Shown here in pieces: positions 29,065 through 38,958 of a stretch of 64,000 nucleotides of DNA. This DNA is from a virus (taxonomy: Duplodnaviria > Caudoviricetes), in IMG/VR virus record IMGVR_UViG_3300037067_012889, positions 224,001 to 288,000 of that record; one strand, given 5' to 3'. Within the stretch, counting starts at the first letter, position 1, and every line of letters starts with the position of its first letter. The notes under the pieces were generated by a model. The model was given only the letters and a program-made list of their open reading frames with translations, was not told the DNA's origin and searched no databases. Made by a program: the position numbers and the translations under genes.

Positions 29065-29474
29065 GGATCGACAAATAACCTGGCTATCTTTGCACGTAGC
29101 GAATCATACGGTATCGCTTCGTAGCATTCTAAAAGCGTCTTACCTATAACATTGTGCTTGTCAATCTCTAGATGATGTACAAATAAATCTAAGGCCGGTG
29201 GGCATCTAAGACTAATAAATGATTGTCCCCATGTCTTATCGATCTGATCTATAATCGGCTTAACTAAAACATCGGAATCTTCACCACACGTACTACGAAT
29301 TGCACCTTCGACGGATGCTAATACTTTATCCTTGGAATTACATATATATGCCCGTGTTGGATCTTGATCAAAGACAATCAACCACAATGGTATGACTTTG
29401 TCATCAAGAACTGGCCAATCATATTTTGTCGTTAATGATTCCACCGGTTGTTCGTCTTTCAATATCGTTGTCAT
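29061..29474 (-). CDS. Hypothetical protein
   Basis: ORF packed in the operon; start uncertain. Confidence 0.55.
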   Translation of the reverse strand: MTTILKDEQPVESLTTKYDWPVLDDKVIPLWLIVFDQDPTRAYICNSKDKVLASVEGAIRSTCGEDSDVLVKPIIDQIDKTWGQSFISLRCPPALDLFVHHLEIDKHNVIGKTLLECYEAIPYDSLRAKIARLFVDP

Positions 29475-29787
29475 CTAATACTACCCAATAAATCTCAATA
29501 GTATCTGTATCTTCTAGAGCTTCAAATTTGTGCCATACACCAGGAGGAATGTCGGTACACATACCATCGGTCAATATGATTTCATCTAACGTATGTTCAC
29601 TAAAAATCGTTACTTTCAACTTCCCTCGAAGAACAAAGAATCGAGAGAACTTACACTGATGAATATGCTCAGAACAATAGCCTTGTGAAATTGGTAGCAG
29701 CCTGTTGACTTCTACCTCATTAAAACTAAATATGCATTGAGTCGTGCCCCACCTCTTACCTTGCACGGGACCCATTGGTATATGCAT
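29419..29787 (-). CDS. Cupin-fold protein
   Basis: K.WG, CSEHIH, FFVLRGKL, IPPGVWHKFEA. Confidence 0.8.
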   Translation of the reverse strand: MHIPMGPVQGKRWGTTQCIFSFNEVEVNRLLPISQGYCSEHIHQCKFSRFFVLRGKLKVTIFSEHTLDEIILTDGMCTDIPPGVWHKFEALEDTDTIEIYWVVLDDNDIERRTTGGIINDKI

Positions 29788-29799
29788 TTTGCGGTTTCT

Positions 29800-31422
29800 T
29801 TATACTCGTGATTTCTCATAAAAGAATTTCACGTTCCTGTCGCCTTCAACAATAATCTCATTTATACCAACGCCAGTCGAGTTACTCGGGTCAGCAAGTT
29901 CGTTTGTTTGCAATATATTGTTTGCGGGGCTAAACAGATCAACGTACGAAACACCATCGACATTTGATACTGTCTCGATGATATCCGAGACGTACAACGG
30001 CTGTCCAATGTCTCTATTATTTACATTAAAGAATGCATCCAAAGCCGCATTGACATTCGTTCTAACAACAGATGCATCAGCATTTCTGTTTACAACAACA
30101 GTCATATCTGTCGATATGGATTTTATTGCTCCATCAAGTACATTTACTGTATCGGTTAGTACATTATATGCGCTAACATAAGTAGCTACCGCTTGTTTTA
30201 GACCCAAGCTTGGTGTGACTAAACCATCGGAACCATATGCAAGTATATATAACTCTACCAAATTAGCGTTTAAATCAGTTCGAATTGTCGCAACACCTTT
30301 TGCAACAGACCCATATACCGGGCTAGCGAAACTACTAACGACTTGTGCGTAATCAGAAGCTGTCGTAATACTAGCTGGTCTATCAGACGCAAATGCTCTA
30401 ACTACGAAATCTCGTGGTGCACGTTTTCTAGCTTGGTCAAGTGTTTCCCTGTCAGTGCCACCAGAACTAGATACTAAATTTCTGAAAGTAATCTGAACGG
30501 GTGCTGTTGCACTAGATGGTGTCGTCGGTGCTATCGATCTAGATTCATTTATAGCATACGCGCCAATTCTGCCCCTTACACCACCACCAATACGATAATT
30601 AACTACTATCTCTTGGCCCGCTAATGGGGCCTTACCGTTCACATTGTCGCCGAACAATAAATCAACTCTATCCGAATAAAAAGTTGCATTTACCACTTCT
30701 GCGTCAGCTGCATACGTCTCCAATGGATTTGTTGTAACTAACCACTGTGTGGGCATGTCACCAGAATAGACATTGACAACAATAGGTTCCTCTAATATAT
30801 CGGTCGCCTTGATGGTATATTGTTGATTAGATCCACCCGGACTATATAATGTGGCTGGCCCCGCAAACTTCCCTTCAATGCCATATCCGATCACACCACG
30901 TTTTCCAGCAGGAATTGTAATGTTGCTTGTGAAATCACCAGGCGCACGAAACAATTCATAATATAATGGTTTCCCATCTGGGCCAGTCATAGTAAATCTC
31001 GTACCGGCCGAAATATCTATGTTGATAGTTAAAGCAGATTGTACAGAAACTTCAATATCAACGACAGCCGGTGTTTGCGATTTTATAGTTTGGTTGATTA
31101 AAGCTAAATGCTCTATCAAAGCTGTTTCGGTTTGGCATGTTGGAAGAAATGATTCATTTGATAGCAGATCTGCTCGAAGACTCAGTTTAGCCGTATTATT
31201 GGCTTGTGTCTCCAAAAGCATCATTATCCCGCTATGTGCGACCCAATCGTTGAAATCGTCGGGATAGTAAGACCTAATATACTCTATAATTGCACGTCTC
31301 GAAGTATCAAAATCCAACGCACTGAAATCAATTCGACGCAACTTGGCCGGTGGCAGCATGACGCTAAACTCGTCAGGCGACAGCGGCAATGTAAACATTG
31401 TGTTTTCTAGTTCATTGCTCAT
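29800..31422 (-). CDS. Baseplate wedge subunit (T4 gp6-like / baseplate J)
   Basis: IDFSALDFDT.R..I..Y..YPDDFND, FGDNVNGKAP, YRIGGGVRG, GGTDRET..R.RAP, ITTASDY. Confidence 0.9.
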   Translation of the reverse strand: MSNELENTMFTLPLSPDEFSVMLPPAKLRRIDFSALDFDTSRRAIIEYIRSYYPDDFNDWVAHSGIMMLLETQANNTAKLSLRADLLSNESFLPTCQTETALIEHLALINQTIKSQTPAVVDIEVSVQSALTINIDISAGTRFTMTGPDGKPLYYELFRAPGDFTSNITIPAGKRGVIGYGIEGKFAGPATLYSPGGSNQQYTIKATDILEEPIVVNVYSGDMPTQWLVTTNPLETYAADAEVVNATFYSDRVDLLFGDNVNGKAPLAGQEIVVNYRIGGGVRGRIGAYAINESRSIAPTTPSSATAPVQITFRNLVSSSGGTDRETLDQARKRAPRDFVVRAFASDRPASITTASDYAQVVSSFASPVYGSVAKGVATIRTDLNANLVELYILAYGSDGLVTPSLGLKQAVATYVSAYNVLTDTVNVLDGAIKSISTDMTVVVNRNADASVVRTNVNAALDAFFNVNNRDIGQPLYVSDIIETVSNVDGVSYVDLFSPANNILQTNELADPSNSTGVGINEIIVEGDRNVKFFYEKSRV

Positions 31423-31862
31423 ACCGCAGCTCCTGGCGCAGGGACTGATGTGATCAATAAAAATTCTTCTGTTGGATCGTAACTCATATTACCAGTTATA
31501 ACGATTTTCAACAATAAATCCTTAGGGACAGTCGTTAGCTGTACTCCAACATTAATTAATCTTGGTTCGTTTTCATTTATTGCTGAAATCATATCAGATC
31601 TTAGATCAGATAACACTCTATCCGTCATTGGTTCGAATACCGTAGAACGCAAAGATGTCCCAAATTGCGGCCTTTGTACGCGTTCACCACGCAACGTAAG
31701 TAATAATTGCAAGACGTCATTCTTTATGAGCCGCATATCGACTTGACGCGGCAATATCCCATGATAGCGATTAGGCTCATTATCTGTCTTACTTGTATTA
31801 GCAGAAGACTGAACGGCACTGAGAAAGGGCGGGTTAAACCCGAAATATGTCGCTTTACTCAT
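31419..31862 (-). CDS. Baseplate wedge protein gp25-like
   Basis: IKNDVLQLLLTLRGERVQRPQFGT..FEP..EPRL. Confidence 0.9.
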   Translation of the reverse strand: MSKATYFGFNPPFLSAVQSSANTSKTDNEPNRYHGILPRQVDMRLIKNDVLQLLLTLRGERVQRPQFGTSLRSTVFEPMTDRVLSDLRSDMISAINENEPRLINVGVQLTTVPKDLLLKIVITGNMSYDPTEEFLLITSVPAPGAAV

Positions 31863-31869
31863 GCTGATA

Positions 31870-32577
31870 TTACCTCACCATCTGTGCGACAGCCATGATG
31901 TTATTTTCTAGATTAGATGCAGTCGTAGCTTGTTCATTTGCTAGTACAACGAGTGCATCCATCTGCACTATAAACTCAGATAGCTTAATTCGTAGCGAAT
32001 CCAACACAGATTGTAGAGAATTATCTTGTTGCACTAATTGTTCTAATGCCGAAATAGCTTTCTTCGTTTCATTCTGATTTTTCTGATTCTCAGTGATATC
32101 CGTTTCAGTATCGATCCTGGCCTGTCTGACGACACTCAATTCCCCATTAAGCTTTGTAAATTGTGTTTCGGCAGAATTATTGATCGCAGTAATATCTGCG
32201 TCTGATACACCAAGAGAAGACAAATCAAGTATGTTGGTATTATGCTGTATTTCTAATGAATTGGCTACAAGCATGGGTTGTAATGTTGATTCAGCTGCTG
32301 TTTCGAATTCTAATATTTGTCCTACTTCAAATTGTTTCTTAGCAGACCCGATAGATGATGCGTTAGATAAAGTATTCGTATAAACACGTTGACCATCTGG
32401 TTTGGTCGTATTTATGGCCGACCGCTGTCTATTTTCTATTGCTGCAGGTAACTTAACCTCCATCAATGTACCATACGGTGGAGCTGTATCACTAATAGTA
32501 TACGTGACATTACCATTATCCGACGCTTGTTGCGGGATTACTGATAAATACAACGCTGTTGGATAAGTTATAATCAC
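31870..32577 (-). CDS. Hypothetical virion protein with C-terminal coiled coil
   Basis: In the baseplate operon; heptad-rich C-terminus. Confidence 0.6.
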   Translation of the reverse strand: MIITYPTALYLSVIPQQASDNGNVTYTISDTAPPYGTLMEVKLPAAIENRQRSAINTTKPDGQRVYTNTLSNASSIGSAKKQFEVGQILEFETAAESTLQPMLVANSLEIQHNTNILDLSSLGVSDADITAINNSAETQFTKLNGELSVVRQARIDTETDITENQKNQNETKKAISALEQLVQQDNSLQSVLDSLRIKLSEFIVQMDALVVLANEQATTASNLENNIMAVAQMVR

Positions 32578-32602
32578 TTTAAGTACCTACAATTCAGATA
32601 TT

Positions 32603-34744
32603 CTACTTTATATCTTTGTTGAGTTCAAGCGCCTCATTATACCTAGTGCCACGATTAGTAGGCTTCAATTGTGGCATATCGGCCGCTGTAAGCATCTCTG
32701 GCGGCTCTATCATCGGCGTCTCAAGGACATAACTTGGTAAATGTACTTCTTTATTGACTTTAATAGCATCAGAAGTTATTTCAAGCATACCAGCACCACC
32801 CATTAGTGTTACTTTGCCATTACCGCGTGCTGAGATATTATGGCCAGCATAGACCTTTGCATCGTTTTGAGCAATTACCTCGACATCACCATCGCATGAT
32901 ATCTGGATTTTACCCGATTCAGCATTTCTTATAATTATCTCTTTTTTATGCTCGTCGAACCACCAGCATATTTTGATGGCATCTGGTTGTTGCCTTGCAC
33001 GACATACAGTCAATTTCTCCTTACCAGAAAACCATAGACCACGATCGTCGAGATCGACAAGTTCAGTCCAAGGATCGTCACCATTACTTCCATCTCTACA
33101 TTCTAGACCCTGCTGAACACCCTGGCGTGCTGGCGGATTAACTACATCTCCCCATGGTACGTCATCCGGTGCATTGCCACCTGCAGTCTTAAATCTGATA
33201 TATTCATTATGAAAGTCTAACTTGATGTGATGAGAACTTAACTCTGTGTCGTCGGCAACTAATGGTTCTTCAAGAAATTCGTTATCCTTAATACCGGCCC
33301 ACGGCATTGGATATAACGGCTTCGAACCAACCATGAAATATTGTAATTTGTCGCTAAGTTGGGCTGTTATTCCAAGAGGACTTCCCCAGGTAGTCTGGTT
33401 AAGTTGATCGTGCTCATTGAATTCCCAGTAGAATCCCTTCGGATCTCCTGAAACTTCGGTTCCTTGGGCACCTGGAGTTCGTCGGCCCTTCAACAATATT
33501 CCATAGCCACGTGGATTCTCTTCTGTATCTGCGTTTTTCTTATCTGAACCACGATCATCTAATACGAGCTTTATTCCGTATCTAGTTACATAACGTATCC
33601 AACGTGCATCGTCTTTCCAATATTCGTCTTCTTTTTCAGTCTTAGTTCCTGTCTCATCTAACAGTTTTCGTTTAACGAAAGTATCATCAACGGGATCAAA
33701 TCCGATATCGGACATTTGGAACAGCATTCCACCTTTTGTACGCAATTTTATCCAACGTTCATCATTATCGGTGTCAGATATTTTACATGGTTTACCATAT
33801 TCATCTTCACGAGTTCTATTCCACCCGACATCACGCATCTCGAATTTATGGCCATACCTAGTTAATGACATCATCCTGCGTTGGTCGGCATCTTTTGCGG
33901 CGTCTTCGTTTATTAGCTTCTGAAGATATTGCCAGCGTGCTATCTCCCAATCTTCGTCTTTTTCGACATCACCATAAAATTCGCCATTTTCAGATGTACT
34001 ACCGGGTGAATCGTCCGGCTTTTGCCACAGATATCCCTGATCACCCATCAGTAATATATGGCCATACTTACTGAGTCGCACCATAAATTTACAATCAGGC
34101 TTGTTGACCTCCGGTGGTAAGCTTGTTTGCTTATATGGTGTCTTTTCACCAGTTGTTTTATCTGTGCTGGTTTGCGATTGTAATGCATCGTTGTCAGCAC
34201 CGGGTGGCTTAGCTTTATGTTCTACTGGAAAGAATCCAACAGAACTAATAATGTCTAGGCTTCCATATCGATCTGCAAAACCACTGCTCATCGGCCTCGA
34301 ATCTTTAGGCAGATAATCCTTATTGTAATCATTTGGCGGATCTATCGCGGTCCCGTTCGAGTCAACGGGCAACGGAGTTACACCATATATAGATGGATAA
34401 GGATAAAACTTTCTTCTTGTCGGAGTACAAAAGCCGGTCCATATCGGACCATATGGATGTTGCTTCTCAAACGTTATCCAAACCCAATCACCAATACACG
34501 GGCATACCCAAGAACCAGCGCGTTTGCCACCAAGATGAAACTGCGAAACCGCCCACGGGCATTCTTCTGGCTTCAAATCCCAATCGTGCATCTCGGGGCA
34601 TTTAAATCTGACCCTATGCATATTCAGAGGATCATTTGTCTCTACAACTAGTGCGCGATATGAGCCAGGGAAACGCTGATTTAGTGGGCGCTCTCGATTT
34701 GATATTAGATGATCTAATCCAACAGTTGCATTATCTTCACTCAT
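32603..34744 (-). CDS. Baseplate hub/spike protein (gp5/VgrG-like OB fold plus repeats)
   Basis: YRALVVETNDPLNMHRVRFKCP..W..P.IGDWVWITFEK..P..PIWTG; repeated T.YGH.L.M.D motifs. Confidence 0.85.
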   Translation of the reverse strand: MSEDNATVGLDHLISNRERPLNQRFPGSYRALVVETNDPLNMHRVRFKCPEMHDWDLKPEECPWAVSQFHLGGKRAGSWVCPCIGDWVWITFEKQHPYGPIWTGFCTPTRRKFYPYPSIYGVTPLPVDSNGTAIDPPNDYNKDYLPKDSRPMSSGFADRYGSLDIISSVGFFPVEHKAKPPGADNDALQSQTSTDKTTGEKTPYKQTSLPPEVNKPDCKFMVRLSKYGHILLMGDQGYLWQKPDDSPGSTSENGEFYGDVEKDEDWEIARWQYLQKLINEDAAKDADQRRMMSLTRYGHKFEMRDVGWNRTREDEYGKPCKISDTDNDERWIKLRTKGGMLFQMSDIGFDPVDDTFVKRKLLDETGTKTEKEDEYWKDDARWIRYVTRYGIKLVLDDRGSDKKNADTEENPRGYGILLKGRRTPGAQGTEVSGDPKGFYWEFNEHDQLNQTTWGSPLGITAQLSDKLQYFMVGSKPLYPMPWAGIKDNEFLEEPLVADDTELSSHHIKLDFHNEYIRFKTAGGNAPDDVPWGDVVNPPARQGVQQGLECRDGSNGDDPWTELVDLDDRGLWFSGKEKLTVCRARQQPDAIKICWWFDEHKKEIIIRNAESGKIQISCDGDVEVIAQNDAKVYAGHNISARGNGKVTLMGGAGMLEITSDAIKVNKEVHLPSYVLETPMIEPPEMLTAADMPQLKPTNRGTRYNEALELNKDIK

Positions 34745-35070
34745 ATTAATTCACTTGCGACTAATGATCTCAGTGGGACAGTGATTGTAGTACCAGCTCT
34801 TGGCCAGTTGAGTGATTCTGTTGCATTGTTCATAGCTATCAATAGCCAATCAAGCGATGCGTTCCCATATAATTCATATGCGATAAGATCTGGCCTGCCT
34901 TCATGCGCATTGTTTACTACATATATACTAGTGTTATTAGTCAACGTATCTGTTATAGGGCTTTTCCATCTACCATATGTCTCGTTATTGTCATATAGCA
35001 CTCTATCAGTGTTGTTGAATCTTGAGTACGCATATTGTGTTGTTGTATCCATGCTAATCCTCATTGCCAC
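34741..35070 (-). CDS. Baseplate wedge gp53-like (LysM-type) protein
   Basis: GRPDLIAYELYGNASLDWLLIAMN..G..I.VP. Confidence 0.85.
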   Translation of the reverse strand: MAMRISMDTTTQYAYSRFNNTDRVLYDNNETYGRWKSPITDTLTNNTSIYVVNNAHEGRPDLIAYELYGNASLDWLLIAMNNATESLNWPRAGTTITVPLRSLVASELI

Positions 35071-35696
35071 TCTGTAGGAACTGCACCCAGTAGACCTTTA
35101 ATATCAATTTTATCACTAGTAGTAGTTTTCCCAGATGCATCTGTACGTTTATTAGTCTCGGCCTCTGTGGCGTTCCCTCTAGTCCACAATTGCATATCGA
35201 CCTTTATGTTAGTCACAACTGGGTGTGCTCGATCTAGCTGATCGTTGGTGGGTTCTGAACCATCATTTGGTATATATAATGCTTTGCCATGCGAAACATT
35301 TATTGCACCGAGTCGGCAAGTCATCTCTTTATCGCCGCCGAACTTCCACATCTTAAAAAACACGATTAAATCATCAGCAGTAGCCGTTGGGCCTTTTCTA
35401 GTATAATAATTACGCAATTTTATAATCTCGCCTCTAACTTTCTCAGTAGACCAGTTATTCACACCGATTATATAAGTCCATTCTAATACAAACTTCCTAG
35501 CACCAGATGTTTTCCATATCTGGACCGGCTGATCTCCGGGGATCTCCGCCTCAATCCAAGTTCCAGACCGATTATCGGATAAAATTTTCGGTGGAAATTG
35601 GAATTTAATTGTATTAGCATCACCAGCATCGGTACCGATCTTGAATACGACTCTGTTTGCAAGATTAGTGTCGGTCGACAATAAGTTTGCTGCCAT
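35061..35696 (-). CDS. Tail tube initiator / baseplate-tube junction protein
   Basis: FQFPP..SDNRS..W....PG..P....SGAR pattern, located between tape measure and gp53-like genes. Confidence 0.55.
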   Translation of the reverse strand: MAANLLSTDTNLANRVVFKIGTDAGDANTIKFQFPPKILSDNRSGTWIEAEIPGDQPVQIWKTSGARKFVLEWTYIIGVNNWSTEKVRGEIIKLRNYYTRKGPTATADDLIVFFKMWKFGGDKEMTCRLGAINVSHGKALYIPNDGSEPTNDQLDRAHPVVTNIKVDMQLWTRGNATEAETNKRTDASGKTTTSDKIDIKGLLGAVPTEWQ

Positions 35697-35697
35697 G

Positions 35698-38600
35698 TTA
35701 CGACCAATTATTCATTCTAGTACCTAGCTTGGATGGCGATTCACCAAGTTTCGGTAAGTGTTCTTCCAACAAGCCCCTGATTACACCAACATCCTCAACA
35801 TTACCTTTTGTCAACGAAGTGACAGCACCAGCAATCACACTCATCAAGTCAATTTGCTGCTTCTGCATATCCTCTTGTTGCCAACGTGCTGATAAAACGC
35901 TCCCACTGGTCTCTGTTTTAACTTGAATCGTCGATATTGTCTCAGCTGCTACTCTCTTTTTATCTGTTGCTTCGGTCGATCCGATTGGAACATCGAACTT
36001 AGATGATATTGATTCCAATGCTGCAAAAGAAATTTTCAACTCATCAATTTGCGATTTAATCTTCTCCTGCCCCGACTGGATCGCAGAAGCTATGAGGCCA
36101 GTAATATACTCTATTACTGGAATTGATGGTATTAAACTATAGAACGCACCAACAATATCGTCAATCCTTAATTCAGGTATTCTACCAACCGATTGCATAA
36201 GTACTGATAATGCGTAGCTCACAGACAATAATGCCGCAGCATCAATTGCAGACAAACGTTCTAAACCGGCCGCCAATCCGCCCATCCCCTTAGCGAACAT
36301 AATACCGAAACCAGCAGCTGCAGTAAATGCCATGATGCCCGGTGCGACAGCTGCTAATGCGTAGCCGAAATTAGCTAAAGTACCATCACTAAGTGTTTTC
36401 ATTTTAGCAACAGCGCTATCGCTAAGCAAAAACATCGCAACACTTAGCCCGCCCATGCCGAGCCCCAATGCAATAGAAGCAGCGAGCATGGCTGCACCAC
36501 CTATACCTATGGTTATTGCTGCGACAATCAACTCACCTCCAAATATTATCAATGCACCTCCAAGAAGCAAGAGATCTGCACCAGAAATTTCAGATATTCT
36601 TAAAAGACTGTCTGTAGCCTTCTCAAATGCTAATGAAAGAACATATGCGGCACCGGCCGCAAGCATCGCCGCACCAGCAATAACTACCAAAACAGCGGCT
36701 AACGCGACAGCAGCTAAAGCACCAACGCCGGTTGACATGCCCAGTACAGCCAATGCCAATATACCAAATACTACAGCAAGTGCACCTACTGCACTCCAAA
36801 GTTTTCCATAATCAAGATCTGCTAGCATCTTAATCGCATATGCGATGGCGAGAATTCCGGCACCAACAGACAATGCCGCTGCGGCAATAGCGAATAATTT
36901 CGGTGCGTTTGTAACTCTCATGAACACATACCACAAACCAATAACTGCTGCAGCGCCAGCAAATGCTAAAAATATTGCACCAATGCCAGCAGCAACAAGT
37001 GTTAATCCTTTTTCTAAAGGACCACAATGTGACCATATGGTCGACAATATATTCCCTAGCCAGCCAAGACCAGTAACTGCAGGTTTAGCTGCTTTGTTCA
37101 GTTCATCTATAGCACCAGCCGCCGCTTTTGCTGGTGGTACAGTTCCAGATAAAACACTCATAAACCAAGCAACATTTTCGATGATAGGCGTTAAAACACT
37201 ATCAAGAAACCACCTCATAGTTGGTTCTATTGCGATAAATATATCTTGCCACGCAGCTTGCATTTTGCCCCATAATACTTCAAATGTTTTCGATAATGAA
37301 TTGATCGAAGAGCCGTAAAGATAATTCCGTTTAGCATCGCCGGTCAGTTGTTCAGCAGCTGCATCTTCTGCATCTTTTACCAGTTTTAACGCCTTTACCA
37401 AATCGCCACTAGAGGCTGTGAATACGTTGATTGGCTTGTCGCCAGCTTTCAAAGTCTCATTAATACGCATCTGTGCTCTGATAAACCCATCAGCAGCTTC
37501 CCCAGACATATGTGTAGCTTCTTTGAAAGCATCTAACATTACTGTATATGCAACACCGCGCCCACCAGTTTTCTTATATGTTTCTGCTAATTGGTTGACT
37601 TGCTTATTAAGACCGTCAGTGGCTCTAGCCATATCGGTCGCAGCCTTTTGTTGCGTTATATCTAATTTAGCGATACGTGCTGCGGCCTCTTCTGAAACCT
37701 TACCCATCCCAACAAAATAGCTCGAAGCATATGGATCTGTAAATATCTCATTTAGTGATTTCTGCATGTCAGAAACTTGATTAGCGGGTAAATTTAACGC
37801 ATTACCCAATCCAGCCATATTTGTCTGCATTTCATTTATAGCACTGGTCCCTTCTTTGCCCCATAACATATTAAGTCGTGCCGCTTTATTAGCTTGATCA
37901 CCAAGAATACCGGCTACCTGTTGGGCTGATAGTCCTAATCTTTTCATAGACTCTGATTGTCTCAACAATAAAGAGTCTGCTTCCTTACTAGTCAGGCCGA
38001 CTCCCATCATAGCACGCTGCCAAGCAGCAAGGTCTTTTTGATTCACACCGAGCATATTAGAATACATCGCATTGGTGGCGACCATTTTGCTCAAATCATC
38101 TTTATTTGTGCGTACAATGGCCGCAAGCTCGGTATATCCAATCATACTCTCTTTAAACATCAACTTATTTGCGGTAGTCGTCTTTCCAACTTGTCTCAAT
38201 ATGTCAGATTGTGTACCATAGATACGATAATTCAAAGTATTAAATCTATTTTGGCTATCTACAAAGCCAGTAAAACCCACTTTGAACGCTTCTATGCCTA
38301 TGAGCATGGAGGCAAAACCAGCGACAGTGTCTACTATGGCTTTTTTAGTACTTGTCCACGCAGCAGCTACTTGGTTGCCAGCGGCACCAAGTAAGCTAGA
38401 TTGTCCAGCGGCACCACCAATAGCATTATTAACATTAGTCCATGCGGCAGCAACTTGGTTGCCGGTCGTTACGTGTTTTCCTCCTTGGGCAGAGACCGCA
38501 TTGCTCGATTTACCAATATCATGCCATACTGCATTAATCTCTTCACCAGTATCGACTTGCTGTGTGATACTATCTATCAGCGCATCGCTATCAATATTTC

Positions 38601-38958
38601 GACTTTTTACTACTTGATTCAAAAGCTTTTGTTGCTTTAATTGTTTTTCCAGCTCTGTCGTTATAGTATGATAATTTTTAGATGTTAGAGATATTGTTTT
38701 ACTTGCCTTGGTAAAATCGGTATTGAGTTGTGTTGTCGTGTCGGAAATCTTTTCAGTCGAAATAGATATTTGTTCGAATTGGTCTTGGATCGTAGTTAGC
38801 GTTTTAGTGACTTTGTCGGATAGAATCTGCCCAACTTTTTCTATCCCATTTCGGATATTTGTGATAGCATCAAGCACATCACCAAAACCAGCGATAGCTG
38901 GTTTAGTTTGTACGTTGAACGCCAGGTTCAAGGCATAACTATTAATGTCGTCTGCCAT
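35698..38958 (-). CDS. Tape measure protein
   Basis: 1086 aa, Ala/Gly-rich and helical, with a long hydrophobic segment; in the tail module. Confidence 0.8.
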   Translation of the reverse strand: MADDINSYALNLAFNVQTKPAIAGFGDVLDAITNIRNGIEKVGQILSDKVTKTLTTIQDQFEQISISTEKISDTTTQLNTDFTKASKTISLTSKNYHTITTELEKQLKQQKLLNQVVKSRNIDSDALIDSITQQVDTGEEINAVWHDIGKSSNAVSAQGGKHVTTGNQVAAAWTNVNNAIGGAAGQSSLLGAAGNQVAAAWTSTKKAIVDTVAGFASMLIGIEAFKVGFTGFVDSQNRFNTLNYRIYGTQSDILRQVGKTTTANKLMFKESMIGYTELAAIVRTNKDDLSKMVATNAMYSNMLGVNQKDLAAWQRAMMGVGLTSKEADSLLLRQSESMKRLGLSAQQVAGILGDQANKAARLNMLWGKEGTSAINEMQTNMAGLGNALNLPANQVSDMQKSLNEIFTDPYASSYFVGMGKVSEEAAARIAKLDITQQKAATDMARATDGLNKQVNQLAETYKKTGGRGVAYTVMLDAFKEATHMSGEAADGFIRAQMRINETLKAGDKPINVFTASSGDLVKALKLVKDAEDAAAEQLTGDAKRNYLYGSSINSLSKTFEVLWGKMQAAWQDIFIAIEPTMRWFLDSVLTPIIENVAWFMSVLSGTVPPAKAAAGAIDELNKAAKPAVTGLGWLGNILSTIWSHCGPLEKGLTLVAAGIGAIFLAFAGAAAVIGLWYVFMRVTNAPKLFAIAAAALSVGAGILAIAYAIKMLADLDYGKLWSAVGALAVVFGILALAVLGMSTGVGALAAVALAAVLVVIAGAAMLAAGAAYVLSLAFEKATDSLLRISEISGADLLLLGGALIIFGGELIVAAITIGIGGAAMLAASIALGLGMGGLSVAMFLLSDSAVAKMKTLSDGTLANFGYALAAVAPGIMAFTAAAGFGIMFAKGMGGLAAGLERLSAIDAAALLSVSYALSVLMQSVGRIPELRIDDIVGAFYSLIPSIPVIEYITGLIASAIQSGQEKIKSQIDELKISFAALESISSKFDVPIGSTEATDKKRVAAETISTIQVKTETSGSVLSARWQQEDMQKQQIDLMSVIAGAVTSLTKGNVEDVGVIRGLLEEHLPKLGESPSKLGTRMNNWS

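Noticed and set aside
38355-38465. GNQVAAAWT duplicated in the tape measure protein
   Set aside because: Short Trp-spaced repeats are normal in tape measure proteins.
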